64,000 bases of DNA from Candidatus Bathyarchaeota archaeon (GCA_963714275.1 CAVQNT010000002.1:640001-704000), one strand, 5' to 3'. Shown: positions 1 to 11,458, numbered from the stretch's first letter. Made by a program: numbers and translations. Notes: generated from the sequence alone by a model not told the origin.

Positions 1-117
1 GTTGGTACGAGCATCTTGAAAAGCGATGGATCAAAAAGGAAGGCAACCGACGCAGACTCAGCCATAGAGATAGCCAGAAAAAACGGGCAAATAAAGACTA
101 GAAGGAAGAATGGCTGA
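1..117 (+). CDS. 3' end of a hypothetical protein running in from the left edge
   Basis: Frame 1 is open from base 1 (VGTSILKSDGSKRKATDADSAIEIARKNGQIKTRRKNG) to a TGA overlapping the next ATG at 117. Confidence 0.55.
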   Translation, partial: VGTSILKSDGSKRKATDADSAIEIARKNGQIKTRRKNG

Positions 118-1394
118 TGTTGACTCTGGAGAAAGGAAAGACGCTGCTTGTGGATGGTCCCGCAAGAGTTCATCTACGGTCAGGAAAAGTGTCCGTTTTA
201 GGAGCCCAAGTGAAAATCGGAGAACAAATCGTAGTCCGCAGAGGAAAATGCATGCCCATAATGGGTTTAGTGGACTGCGAAGTGGAACTAATTCTTGGAG
301 AAAACGCCTCGCACACAATAAACAGCGAAAACACAATTCCACCCTCGTGGCTGCAGGCAGCTGAAAAAATATTAGCCCATAAAGAACCCGCAACCGTGCT
401 TGTCGTCGGCAGTGTTGACTGCGGAAAAACGGGGTTCTGCACGTTTCTTGCCAACTTAGCTTTTGGGAAGAAGCAAAAAACCGTCATCATCGACGGGGAT
501 ATGGGTCAGTCAGACATTGGACCACCCGGAACCGTTAGCCTTTGCATGTTCAATGAGCCTGTTGCTGACCTTTTCAAACTGCGTTCAGAGGAATTAAAGT
601 TCATAGGCGTCACAAGCCCATCTGGCAAAATTAATGCTGTTTTGGACGCTGTTAGCTACTTGAAGCAAAAAGCGGTGGAACAGTCAGCGGATTTCATCAT
701 CGTCAATACTGACGGTTGGGTTGATGGAGACGCAGCCACAGAATATAAGGTGGGTTTAATCGAAAGAGTTGCTCCAGACATAATCGTTGCAGTTCAATGC
801 GAAGACGAACTGTCCCCAATCCTAAATGCGCTGAAAAAATTTCAGGTCATGGTTATTCAATCTCCACAAATTATTAAGAAACGTGACCAAGAGACCAGAA
901 AACTTCTTCGGGAATCAGCATACAAGAAGTACCTTAAAGAGGTGAAGGTCCGTTCCTTCCCCCTGAGCTGGGTTGCGGTTGAAGGAGACTTAAAATTAAA
1001 CAGCAATAACAATTCGCTGCTAAAAAAACAGATAGAGAACATAATTGGAAAAGAAGTCCTCTTTTGTCAGGAAGGACCAGACCGTATAACCATCATGCTG
1101 GGAAAAAAAGTCTCAATGAAAGAAGAGCATATTAATAAGCTTGAGTCGGAGCTCGGCAAACACGTATTATGGCTTCGCTGTGGAGACGAAGAAGGACTGC
1201 TAGTTGCCTTGGAAGACGCGAATGGTAAAGTTTTAGGATTAGGAACAATGGGCACAATAGATTTCGACAAAGGAACCATTGCACTCAACACAAGCGTTGA
1301 GGAACCCGTCTCTAAGATCATAATTGGTCAGATAAGGCTTGACGCTGAGGGACACGAAATAGGTCTTGTCTTTGAGAATTCAGGTTTCAGCTGA
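117..1394 (+). CDS. Clp1/Grc3-family polynucleotide 5'-hydroxyl kinase
   Basis: 425 aa; P-loop GSVDCGKT, DGDMGQSDIGPPG and NTDGW motifs of the Clp1/Nol9 family. Confidence 0.9.
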   Translation: MLTLEKGKTLLVDGPARVHLRSGKVSVLGAQVKIGEQIVVRRGKCMPIMGLVDCEVELILGENASHTINSENTIPPSWLQAAEKILAHKEPATVLVVGSVDCGKTGFCTFLANLAFGKKQKTVIIDGDMGQSDIGPPGTVSLCMFNEPVADLFKLRSEELKFIGVTSPSGKINAVLDAVSYLKQKAVEQSADFIIVNTDGWVDGDAATEYKVGLIERVAPDIIVAVQCEDELSPILNALKKFQVMVIQSPQIIKKRDQETRKLLRESAYKKYLKEVKVRSFPLSWVAVEGDLKLNSNNNSLLKKQIENIIGKEVLFCQEGPDRITIMLGKKVSMKEEHINKLESELGKHVLWLRCGDEEGLLVALEDANGKVLGLGTMGTIDFDKGTIALNTSVEEPVSKIIIGQIRLDAEGHEIGLVFENSGFS

Positions 1395-2045
1395 TTGACA
1401 CAAGTCCCTAACTGGGCAGGCGGAATGCAGAGGTTTTAGGGCTTTACAGTATTTCCGTCCTAAAGCGATGAAGAGCATGTGTACATTGAAATATTCTTTA
1501 GATGGATACAGCCTTTGCAGAGTTTCCCGAACCGTTTCGTAGCCACCATTTTGGGGAACTATCTTTAACCTTTTCGAAACCCGATTAACATGAGTATCAA
1601 CTGGCAATGTTGGCTTTCCAGCGGAAAAGAGGAGCACAATGTCAGCTGTTTTGGGTCCAACGCCTGGCAGGCTCATGAGCTTGGTTCTGGCTTCTTCCAT
1701 CGGTGAAGTGTAGATGAAGTCGAGGGACCCTTTGAACCTTTCAAGAATCAAATCAGCAACTTTTTTTAGGTTTCTGGATTTGTTTCTGTAAAGCCCCGCA
1801 GACCTCAATGCGTCTTCGATTTCTGCCTCTTCAGTCTCCGCTAACGATGTTGGGTTGATAGACGTTTTTCGGGAAAGGTTCTGGTAGGCTCTTCGGGTGT
1901 TCGCTTCTGCTGTGGACTGGCTTATGATTGTTCTCACCAAGACCTTAAAGGGGTCGCTTGCGATGTCCCAAGGTTCAGGCGCTTCAAAGTTGTGTTTTAG
2001 TATCCGCAGTATCTTATTTGCTCTTTCAGCATTGTTGCTTGTCAT
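1380..2045 (-). CDS. nth: Endonuclease III (HhH-GPD DNA glycosylase)
   Basis: LPGVGPKTA HhH motif, PVDTHVNRV, C-terminal Cys cluster CKALKPLHSACPVRDLC (second Cys replaced by His). Confidence 0.9.
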   Translation of the reverse strand: MTSNNAERANKILRILKHNFEAPEPWDIASDPFKVLVRTIISQSTAEANTRRAYQNLSRKTSINPTSLAETEEAEIEDALRSAGLYRNKSRNLKKVADLILERFKGSLDFIYTSPMEEARTKLMSLPGVGPKTADIVLLFSAGKPTLPVDTHVNRVSKRLKIVPQNGGYETVRETLQRLYPSKEYFNVHMLFIALGRKYCKALKPLHSACPVRDLCQSAET

Positions 2046-2212
2046 TGATGACGCCTTTTTGTTTCATTTATACAATGATTCAAGGTTATAGAGAATTCTT
2101 TTTAGAGGTTTTACGTCAAAGAACATTTTCCGTTGTAGTACAGGGCTAAAACACTAAAATACCAATAAACATCATGATATTGTTATCGCTACGTTTAGAG
2201 GGTTAGTGCAAC

Positions 2213-3384
2213 ATGCAGACGAACCAGCCTATAGGTAAAGTTTATAGTTTCCAGCTGCCCAAAAAGGTCCTTTTCGGGGTGAAAGCCTCCGAGAACGTTG
2301 GTTTGGAAGCCAAAGCCTTAGGCGGGAAAGTAGCTCTCCTCGTCACCGACGAAAACATGGTAAAGATGGGTATCTCGGGAAAAATCGAGGAAGCCCTAGT
2401 CAAAGAAGGACTGACCGTTGACGTTTTCAACAAGGTTGAACCGGAACCTGTCATAGAAGTAGCTGAAACCGTAGCTGAAGCTGTTAGAAAAAGGCGATAC
2501 AACATAGTAGTAGGGGTTGGTGGCGGAAGCGTTCTTGACATGGCAAAAGTCGCAGCCATAGCCCTCACGAATCCTAACCCAATGAGAAACTATGTTAGCG
2601 TAGACCTCGTGAAAAATCCTGGCGTCCCAAGCATCCTGCTGCCGACCACGTCGGGTACAGGCTCAGAGGTCACTAATGTGGCGGTTGTGACGATCGCTGA
2701 AAACGAGTTGAAGACATCCATAATAAGCCCTAACATGTTTGGGCACGTGGCTATAATTGATCCAAGCCTCACTTACAGTTTGCCCCCCGTCTTACCGCTT
2801 CAACGGGTCTTGATGCGCTAAGCCATGCCTTGGAGGCAATTTTGTCTGTTAATTCTAACCCTATTACCGATGCGTTGGCGTTGCAGGCTGTCAAGCTTAT
2901 TTTCAATAATCTGCTTAACGCCTACCAGAGCGGGGAACCTGAAAGCAGGTATGGTATGAGCCTAGGCTCGTTAATGGCTGGGATGGCCTTTGGGAACGCT
3001 GGCGTATGTCTTGGCCACGCAGCAGCCTACACTTTCGCTGTGTCCCATAAAGTTACGCATGGAGTGTCGTGTGGACTGGTCTTGCCTTACATTTTCAGAT
3101 TTAGTGCTCCAGCAATTTCTTGGAAGATTCCTGAGGTCGTTAGAGTCATGAACCTTGACGCAAAGAACCTGAGGCCCGATGGAATGGGTCTCGTAGTTTC
3201 GGATTCTGTCCTCGAGTTGATGGGTGAATTGCAGATGCCGAAGAGGCTGAGAGACTTGGGAATACCCAGAGAGGCTATGTCTAAGCTGGCGGATAAACTT
3301 CTTACGTTTAAACGCCTGATTCTGAGGAGCCCAAGACAGCCGTCCAGAGAAGAGGCTTTAAGGCTTTTCGAGGAAATGTGGTGA
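2213..3384 (+). CDS. Iron-containing alcohol dehydrogenase (one frameshift near 2790)
   Basis: GGGSVLD and PTTSGTGSEVT in 2213..2821; DALSHALE then GHAAA..THGVSCG in the shifted frame to 3384. Confidence 0.88.
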
Positions 3385-3541
3385 TCCTGTAAAAGCTGAA
3401 CATGAAATTCCTTAAAAAAAAGTTTGCACGGTGGATGCATATAACTATTCATTATATTGATTTTTTAGGCGGATTCGTAGTAATTTTTAAGTTATGTAGG
3501 CTCAATATGAAGGTGTTTGCTTCGAAAAGGATTGATAAGAC

Positions 3542-4327
3542 TTGAAAGAAAACAGGCTTAGGGAATTGATGAAAAAGAGCGAACCGACTATTGGCACCCG
3601 AATCATGATTGCGTGGCCAGGTCTGGTTGAGATGGTTGGGAACACGGGCGCCTACGATTATGTTGAGTTTCTAGGCGAGTACGGTCCTTTCGACCTTTAC
3701 GACCTTGACAATTTGGCTCGGGCTGCTGAGCTGGTCGGCGTTTCGTCCATGATAAAGATTGACCAGGAACCGAGAACGTTTTTGGCTGGAAGAGCCTTAG
3801 CAGCTGGAATCCAGAACGTGCTTTTCGCCGACATTCGAACAGTCGAGGATGCTGAGGAGGCTGTGCGAGCGGTGAGGATGGAGCCCAAAGGTTTCAGCGG
3901 ATTCAGGATGGACCGAAGAGTCGGGTACATAGGTTCCACAGGTTCAGCGGCAGACGTTGTTAAAATGTGCGACGACTCTGTTGTCGCGTTAATGGTTGAA
4001 AAGAAACAGGCTGTCGAAAACTTAGAAGAAATTCTTTCCGTAAGAGGAGTGGACATGGTTCAGTTCGGTCCGTCCGACTATTCTGTAAGCATCGGCTTGC
4101 CCGGCGACGTAATGAACCCGAAGGTGAGGGAAGCGGAGTTGAAAACCATCAAGACGGCGTTGAAGATGGATGTGGCGCCCAGAGCCGAGATTGGCAGACC
4201 CGAAGACGCTAAAAGGTACCTTGACCTCGGGGTACGGAACTTTAGCCTAGGCACAGACGTAGGGATTTTGAACATATACTGGAAGAACAACGGGGCAGAA
4301 CTGAAAAAACTTTTTTCCAAAACATGA
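3542..4327 (+). CDS. HpcH/HpaI-family class II aldolase
   Basis: ALMVEKKQAVENLEEIL and GVDMVQFGPSDYSVSIG motifs. Confidence 0.85.
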   Translation: MKENRLRELMKKSEPTIGTRIMIAWPGLVEMVGNTGAYDYVEFLGEYGPFDLYDLDNLARAAELVGVSSMIKIDQEPRTFLAGRALAAGIQNVLFADIRTVEDAEEAVRAVRMEPKGFSGFRMDRRVGYIGSTGSAADVVKMCDDSVVALMVEKKQAVENLEEILSVRGVDMVQFGPSDYSVSIGLPGDVMNPKVREAELKTIKTALKMDVAPRAEIGRPEDAKRYLDLGVRNFSLGTDVGILNIYWKNNGAELKKLFSKT

Positions 4328-4399
4328 ACAGCTTATGGCAAATTGGTAAAGAAATAATAAATACGAAAAACTTTATCGTCAAGTGTAGGTGAGTTTGCA

Positions 4400-4777
4400 A
4401 TGTCGCAGGCAAAGATTATTCGTGAAGAAACAAAAATTGGGGACAACGTTTTCTCCGCGGTGCTCATTGAAACTAAGAATGGCTATGTTGTGCTTTTAAG
4501 CGAGGGGCAAGACAACATCGGAACCTTGGCGGTATCAATCCCCCAAACGCCGGGGATGGTGGGACCGCCATTGTCATCCGCACTTCTGGGCGACAGAAAC
4601 GTGATGCTTGCCAGAATGTTGGCGGAACGGCTTGCCAACAGCTTGAAGAAGATGGTTTTGGTTTCAGTCTTCGTTAAGACAACTAAAGAGGCGGAGGCTG
4701 GACGGACATTCCTTAGGCTTCTTGAAAAAACCTTGAAGAGGATGATGGCGGATAATGAGTCTCAGAAGCTTTCTTGA
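4400..4777 (+). CDS. Proteasome assembly chaperone 4 (PAC4/Poc4)-like protein
   Basis: Pattern IGTLAVSIP..SSALLG..ARMLAERLA..KKMVLVS resembles the PAC4 fold signature (recognised by eye). Confidence 0.55.
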   Translation: MSQAKIIREETKIGDNVFSAVLIETKNGYVVLLSEGQDNIGTLAVSIPQTPGMVGPPLSSALLGDRNVMLARMLAERLANSLKKMVLVSVFVKTTKEAEAGRTFLRLLEKTLKRMMADNESQKLS

Positions 4778-4895
4778 TAGCATGGAAAAGCAAGGGCAAG
4801 TACTCCACATTAAAGACGGGGTGTCCACGAAACACGAGATATCATCAATCATGAACGCTTTTCCAGATGGTCCAGTTCTGTTTTTCGAGGAGTGA
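4755..4895 (+). pseudogene. N-terminal remnant (46 aa) of a UbiD-family decarboxylase
   Basis: MSLRSFLDSMEKQGQVLHIKDGVSTKHEISSIMNAFPDGPVLFFEE* matches the UbiD N-terminal pattern (LRxFLxxLE..G.L..I...VS...EI....GP.L.FE); no continuation in any frame. Confidence 0.7.
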
Positions 4896-4978
4896 GCTGA
4901 CTTTTTCATCCGTCCTTTTCATGCCAAGTAAAGTGGACATTATAAATCTTTTGATAAATTACTTAAATGAACTCTTTT

Positions 4979-5371
4979 TTATCTGTGTGACGCGAAGACT
5001 TCTTCTTGCCTTTTTTCAGCCACCGTAAGTAGGGCTTTGTAGTATTCTCCTGTCTCTATTTTTATACAGATGTTGTCTAAGGCTTCGTGGACGCTTCGGA
5101 AATACTCCCTGTCTGAATCTTTGAGTTTACCATCTTGTACCATCATTACACGGTCTTGGATGCCCAGTCCAGCTTCCCTCAGCGAAACGTAAAGAACACG
5201 GTGTTCAACTTGAATCAGCTGCGGATAAATGTCCTTGGCTAGCTCAACAAGGTCCTCGCCTACAGTTTGAAGCTGCGGAACATCCCAAGACAGCATGTAA
5301 CCTTCATTTCTGGTCAAAATTTCTCTCAGCTGAGTCTGAATTATGTTCAGTACTGGAAGAAATTTTTCCAT
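4979..5371 (-). CDS. Hypothetical protein (130 aa, helical)
   Basis: Clean ORF preceded by GGAGG SD; no recognised motif. Confidence 0.7.
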   Translation of the reverse strand: MEKFLPVLNIIQTQLREILTRNEGYMLSWDVPQLQTVGEDLVELAKDIYPQLIQVEHRVLYVSLREAGLGIQDRVMMVQDGKLKDSDREYFRSVHEALDNICIKIETGEYYKALLTVAEKRQEEVFASHR

Positions 5372-5515
5372 GCCAACCTCCTAATTAGTAGGCAAGTTAA
5401 ACGTTTAAAGATTGCTTAAAAAACAAAAAAACAACCAGTCTCTAAATTAATCCGCAATAATCGCTTTTTTGCTGTATGTTTTTTAAGGTTCGTAACAAAT
5501 TAAGGTTGAAAAGTT

Positions 5516-6253
5516 ATGCCTCGATATGCCATTGAGACCTTTGACCTGACGAAGCGGTTCAGCGAACACACCGCAGTTGACCATCTAAACCTAAAGGTCG
5601 AAGAAGGAACCATCCACAGCCTTTTGGGACCAAACGGAGCAGGAAAGACAACCGTGCTGAACATGCTTTCTGGCATCCTTAAGCCCACAAGCGGATCAGC
5701 GCAAATATTGGGCTACGACATTGGAAAGGAGCCTGAAAAAGCCAAAAGCCTGGTCGGCTACTTGCCTGAGGAACCTCAAATCTACGAGATACTGACGGTA
5801 AGAGAGTTTCTGAGGCTGATCGGTCGAGCATACTCTGTGCCTAAGTATGAGCTTGAGGGACGAATCGACGAGTACTTGAAACTTTTCGACTTGAAACGTG
5901 TTGAGCAGGTCTTCTGTGGAGCCCTTTCGCACGGCATGAAGCAACGTGTCGTGGTATGCTCGGTTCTGATCCATGACCCCAAAGTAATTTTGTTGGATGA
6001 ACCTTTCTATGGGTTGGACCCTGCATCAGGTAGGCTTTTCAAGGAGTTCCTGAGAGACAGGGCGGCGGACGGCAGCACCATCCTTGTTTCAACCCACATT
6101 CTTGAGATTGCTGAAAGGTTCAGCGGCAAGGTCACGATTCTTAACGAAAGCAGGATTGTCGCAGAAGGCACATTGGAGGAGCTGAGGGAGAAAGCAGGCA
6201 TCGGTGGAGATTCATCGCTTGAGGACGTTTTTCTCGCGCTTACAGAGAGGTAA
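5516..6253 (+). CDS. ABC transporter ATP-binding protein (exporter type)
   Basis: Walker A GPNGAGKTT, signature LSHGMKQR, Walker B ILLDEP, H-loop STH. Confidence 0.93.
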   Translation: MPRYAIETFDLTKRFSEHTAVDHLNLKVEEGTIHSLLGPNGAGKTTVLNMLSGILKPTSGSAQILGYDIGKEPEKAKSLVGYLPEEPQIYEILTVREFLRLIGRAYSVPKYELEGRIDEYLKLFDLKRVEQVFCGALSHGMKQRVVVCSVLIHDPKVILLDEPFYGLDPASGRLFKEFLRDRAADGSTILVSTHILEIAERFSGKVTILNESRIVAEGTLEELREKAGIGGDSSLEDVFLALTER

Positions 6254-6259
6254 AGACGA

Positions 6260-7950
6260 TTGACTGGAAAAACGGTTCTCATGGTCAAGTATGAGTTACA
6301 CATGCTTCGGATGTCTTTCGAACTTAATGCGAGGAAGCCAAGTACGTTGCCAGCCATATTGCTCTACTTTTGACGTGCCTGATAATCGGGGTTTCGTTTG
6401 CTCTGACGCCTCTATACTTGTTTCCAGACCAGAATCCGCTTGGCTTAACCAGCCCAGATGCCATTGCCCGAAACGTCTTGAGCACGTTTTTCGCTTTGAT
6501 GTTGCTCTACACCATTCTTCGAGGCGTCTTCAGTAAAGGAGTCCGCAACTACATGACGCTGGCGGACGCTGATCTTTTAGCTTTGACTCCAGTTAAACCA
6601 AGGTCGCTTGTTATGGCGAAATGCGTGAGAGCCCTTGTTTCCAGAATTTCCATGACTTTCCTTGCGTTTTTTATTATGTTTCCTGTTTCTTTGACTTTAG
6701 GGACACCGTTGCTTCTGTTTTTCGTGGCATTATTGTCATTTACTCTTTACATTGAGTTTCTTCAGGTTGCCAGTATAGCAATTCAGTCAGTTTCGGATGT
6801 TGCACGGTTAAAGCTTCCCTCCATAATAAAATTCACGTTAAAAATTTCTGCAGTCGCAGCATCGTCAGCAGTCATAATCGTGGCAATATTGAGTCCGTAT
6901 TTTCCAATCCAACAATACGTGGCGGTTTTAGGTCAAGCTGCTGAAGACCTTTGGGTTAGCCTTCCAAGCTCAATCGCTGCTTCTTCGATTGCGAAGCTAA
7001 TGTTTGGCAACACAGAAACATTGTCTCAAGACATCATTTTTTTAGCAGCCTTCATTGGCGTTTCCTTAGTCGCCACACACCTTTCTTTGGGACCATTTCA
7101 TCCTGAACAGCTTTTGCCCATTCCCTCGCCTGTTGGGATACAAAATCCGTTTGGGCTCCGCATTGAAAAACTCCTCGAAGACAGGTTCAGTTGGCAAAAG
7201 CCTTCTCAGATTGTATTTTTGAAAGATTTGAAGTTGACTTTGAGAGGAGCTTTGATTGATTTCTCGCTGTTAAACTTCATATTAATGTACGGAGTTTCGT
7301 TTGCAGCGTGGTTCCTCCTCGAATCGGTTCTTCCCATTCAAGCAATTCCTGATTTTGAGGAGCTTCTGGGACCGCTAAGAATATTCGTTAAGGAGTTTGT
7401 TCTCATACTTGCCCTTATGCCGTTCATCCCTTCCTTAACGTCGTTCAGCCGCGAAATGGGCAAAATCTGGATTCTGAAATCCTTTCCGTTCAAAAGCCAC
7501 TCGTCAGCTGAAGGAAAATTCCTGTTTGCGTTGACTATTTCTGCTGTTTCGCTTGCTCCCATGGCTTTGGTGGCTGGGTGGGTTTTCAGAGTCTCCTTCT
7601 CAGAGTGGATACTCGGTGTGCTTCTCCCCTTTATCCTCCTAATCGCAAATTCGTTCGGCGTCCTAATCGGCGCCTACATTCCTCCGTACGATTTGAACAA
7701 CCAGATTTCGCTTAAGTCAGCAAGTGCCTTTTTTATTTCCCTGATAATTTTGCTGGCGCCTTTCATTTTTGTCGTCTCCGTTCATTCAGTCTTGTTTCAA
7801 GCAGTCATCGTGGTAGCGATTGTGGCGTATTCGTTGTTGGCAACAAACCTTTTTCTCAAGGTAGCCAGTAGAGGATTCGATAAAATGGAACTGAAAAAGG
7901 TATTTCCCCGCAACCCACGCCTAGAACAATCTACTGTCGAGGAACAATAA
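6260..7950 (+). CDS. ABC exporter permease (frameshift near 6340-6370)
   Basis: Many hydrophobic segments in 6370..7950; upstream frame from TTG 6260 (MTGKTVLMVKYELHML..) supplies the N-terminus; follows the ATPase. Confidence 0.8.
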
Positions 7951-7970
7951 CTGGCGAACTTGGCATCGTT

Positions 7971-9294
7971 CTAGAAAGTAGTTTTCTTGCCGAAGAAGGG
8001 AAGTCTCTTTCTTCGCAGGGTCTTCATCATCCTTCTAGCCATAGTGTATTGCTGAAGCAAGGTTTTCACGTCTTTCTCCGTTGTGCCTGAACCTCTGGCA
8101 ACCCGTTTAATCCTCGAAGCGCTCAGAATCTTGGGCTGCTCCCTTTCGTCAGGCGTCATGGACTGGATGATGACGCGCCACTTCTTCATCTGGTCCTCTG
8201 CAACGTCCATCTTATCGGTTGGAATCTCGTAGCCGAACCCTGGCACCATCTTCAAAATTTTGTCCAGCGGACCCATGCTTCGCATAGCCTCGAACTGCTC
8301 GTACATGTCAGCAAGCGTGAATTTTCCGCTTAGAATGGCTTTAGCCTTCTTTTCGGGGACCTTGATTTCGGCTTCTCTAACCTTCTCGATGAGGCTTTGC
8401 AGGTCGCCCATACCCAAGAGCCTGCCAACGAACCGGGGCGGGTCAAACGGTTCAATGGCGTCGGTTTTTTCGCCTGTGCCCAAAAATTTTATTGGCACGC
8501 CTGTGGCTGCGACAGCTGAAAGGGCTCCTCCTCCGCGGGCTGAACCGTCAAGTTTTGCGACGACGATTGAGCCTAAAGGCGTGGCTTTGTGGAAAGCTTC
8601 AGCTTGGATGGCTGCCTGTTGCCCGATTGTTCCGTCTATGACCATGATGACCTCGTCAGGCTGCACGGTTTTCTCGAGCGATTTCATCTCTTTTATGAGG
8701 CTTTCCTCGTCTTTGTGCCTACCAGCGGTATCAACGATGACAACATCATAATTCTCGAACTTTCTGAGACCTTCCGCCGCGACCTTGGCAGCGTTCTTTT
8801 CTTTCTCGTCCCCATAAATTGGGATGTTAATCTGGTCTGCGAGCTGCCTTAGCTGAGCAAAGGCGCCAGCCCTGAAAGTGTCAGTGCACACAAGTGCTAT
8901 TTTATGTCCCCGTTTCTGTAGATACCTAGCTCAGCTTGGCGGTTGTGGTCGTTTTTCCTGAGCCTTGGATTCCAACAAGCATAAAAATGGTTCTTTTCCC
9001 AGGCTTCGTCGCCAGCGGAATGGGTTTTTCGCCTAGGAACCGAGTTATCTCTTCGTAGACGACTTTTACGACATGTTCTCTTCTCGGAATTCCTGGCGGA
9101 ACTTTTTCCTGCAGCGCACGTTCCTCTATCCTTTTCGAAAGGTCCAAGACAAGCTTAACGTTCACGTCAGCCTGCAGCAGCGACCTTTGCAGGTCACGGA
9201 CGAGCTCCTTAACGACCGCCTCGTCGACAACGGAAACTCTGAGAAGCTTCTTTAACGAATCGTAAAGCGACGAACCCAGACCTTCCAGAACCAA
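7971..9294 (-). CDS. srp54: Signal recognition particle protein SRP54 (frameshift near 8930)
   Basis: LLQADVN, GIQGSGKTTT, DTFR, DTAGRH, KLDGSARGGGALS and Met-rich M domain. Confidence 0.95.
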
Positions 9295-9401
9295 CTCGGT
9301 CCAGCCAACCAAAGGATACTTACAATCGGACTATGAACTCATTTACTGAATCACTAGTTGAGAGCATGCCCATAAATCTATCTTTAAAAGAACACCTTTT
9401 T

Positions 9402-10244
9402 TCAGGGAAGTTTCTGGCAGCTTGGACAATAATACGATGCTCCGCCAAGGTATTGCATCTTTCCGATGGGTGTTCCGCATTCAGGACACGGCTTACCCAC
9501 CTGTCTGCTGTCAAGAATTCTCTTGTATTTTCCAGGACGGTTGTAAAGGTCGAATTCGGTGTCTCTGCCACCTAGTTCCACTGCTTGTTTTAGGGTTTCT
9601 CTAATTGCCTTATGAAGCGCTCTCTTTTCTTTCTCGGTAAGGTTGATGCACCTTTTCCTGGGATGAACCTTAGCCCTGAAAAGGATGTCCTGCAGATAAC
9701 CATTTCCGACGCCCCAGATGCCGGGTTTACTGATTATAAAGAACTTGACACTTCTGGAATCCGCATCTACGAGCTCTCCGAAAAGTCCATGAAAATACTC
9801 AAATGTAAACTTATCACTTAAAGGAGAAACCGCCTTTCTGCCAAGATGATATCCCCTTTTTCCTTCAATTTCGGATTGGTGAAAGAGCTGGGCAAACCCC
9901 CATCCTTGAACTGTGACCGTAAGGTATGTGTTGTCCTCAAAATGTAGTAGGAGCTGGTGCTTTTTTGGTAGTGTGCTTTCGTTTTGGTGAAACAGTATTC
10001 TTTCTCCGCCCCATCCAAGCAATAATACATAATCGGGTTCTACTGAAGCCCAAATCGAGGAACCTTGTTCAATCGCAGGTCCCATCGTTTTACCTTTAAG
10101 AATGGCTTCGTATTCTTCTGGTGGACGATTGTAGAATGCGAATTTATGTGGCGAATTTCCACGGATGCAAGATTCGACCTTTTTTCCTTTCAGTTCCTCG
10201 GTCATTTGGCGGGCTATTATCATTGCCTCAGGAAGTTCAATCAT
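9402..10244 (-). CDS. Fpg/Nei-family DNA glycosylase with MIELPEA N-terminus
   Basis: xELPE start, H2TH GVGNGYLQDILF, C-terminal zinc finger CPECG..CPSCQ. Confidence 0.88.
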   Translation of the reverse strand: MIELPEAMIIARQMTEELKGKKVESCIRGNSPHKFAFYNRPPEEYEAILKGKTMGPAIEQGSSIWASVEPDYVLLLGWGGERILFHQNESTLPKKHQLLLHFEDNTYLTVTVQGWGFAQLFHQSEIEGKRGYHLGRKAVSPLSDKFTFEYFHGLFGELVDADSRSVKFFIISKPGIWGVGNGYLQDILFRAKVHPRKRCINLTEKEKRALHKAIRETLKQAVELGGRDTEFDLYNRPGKYKRILDSRQVGKPCPECGTPIGKMQYLGGASYYCPSCQKLP

Positions 10245-10387
10245 CTTCGTTCAATCCTCCTTTCCTAATATAGACTCTTTTTTATTTTATGTTTCTACTA
10301 CCTTATGAAAAAAAATTCATCTTAAAAGGAAGGATTAAAGTTTATCAACGTTTCAAACATTCTATTGCTTAAGGTGAGTATAGCTGA

Positions 10388-11442
10388 ATGAAACTGATTG
10401 ACCTAAGAAGCGACACAGTGACCTTGCCCACCGAGGAGATGCTTGAAGTTATAAGGCACGCGGAGCTCGGCGACGACGTTTATGGTGAGGACCCGACGGT
10501 TAACCAGCTCGAAGAAATGGCAGCAAAAAAAATGGGTAAGGAAGCAGCCATGCTTGTGCCAAGCGGGACGATGGCGAACCTTGTCTCCGTGATGTGCAAC
10601 ACGAAACGGGGAGACAGCGCAATACTGGAAGCAGACTCGCACATCTACTGGTATGAGCTAGGCGGAATCTCAGCCATCGCAGGAGTTTTGCCTTTACCAG
10701 TTAAGGGAACAATGGGCGTCCTTGACCCTTTGAACATTGAGGCTGTGATTAGACCAAAGGGCTTGCATTCAGCTGAGGACGACGCTTATTTGTATAGAGA
10801 ACACGCATAACAGGGCTGGAGGTACAATCGTCACCCCGTCTCAGATTGAAGCGATAAGCAGGGTCGCAAAGAAGCATAAGCTGAGACTTTACATGGACGG
10901 AGCCCGAATTTTCAACGCTGCGGTTGCCTTGAAGGTTGATGTGCAACAGTTCACGAGACACGTTGACAACCTGATGTTCTGCCTCTCGAAAGGGCTAAGC
11001 TGCCCCATAGGCTCCATTGTAGTAGGCACCGAAGAACACATCCAGAAAGCCCGAAGAGCCAGAAAAATTTTAGGCGGAGGAATGCGGCAAGCGGGCGTCA
11101 TAGCAGACTCCAGGCATTATCGCGCTGGAAAAGATGATAAATCGATTAGAGGATGATCACTGCAATGCCCGTTTGCTGGCTGAGGGATTATCGAAAATTG
11201 AAGGAGTCAAGGTGGACATGAAGACTGTTCAGACCAACATGGCCATGTTCGATGTAGATGGTTTGGGGATCAAAGCCGACGTTTTCGTGAAGCAGCTGAA
11301 GGGACACGGCGTCCTCGCTGGAAATATGAGCAAAACAAGGGTTAGAATGGTTACGTACCGAGGTATCGAAAAGGAAGATATCGAAAAATCGTTGGCAGCA
11401 ATCGAGAAAACAATAAAAGAACTACTAACAAAGATTAGTTGA
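10388..11442 (+). CDS. ltaE: Low-specificity L-threonine aldolase (frameshifts near 10775 and 11110)
   Basis: [47 protein letters not shown] across consecutive frames. Confidence 0.92.
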
Positions 11443-11458
11443 AACCCACAAGATTCTT

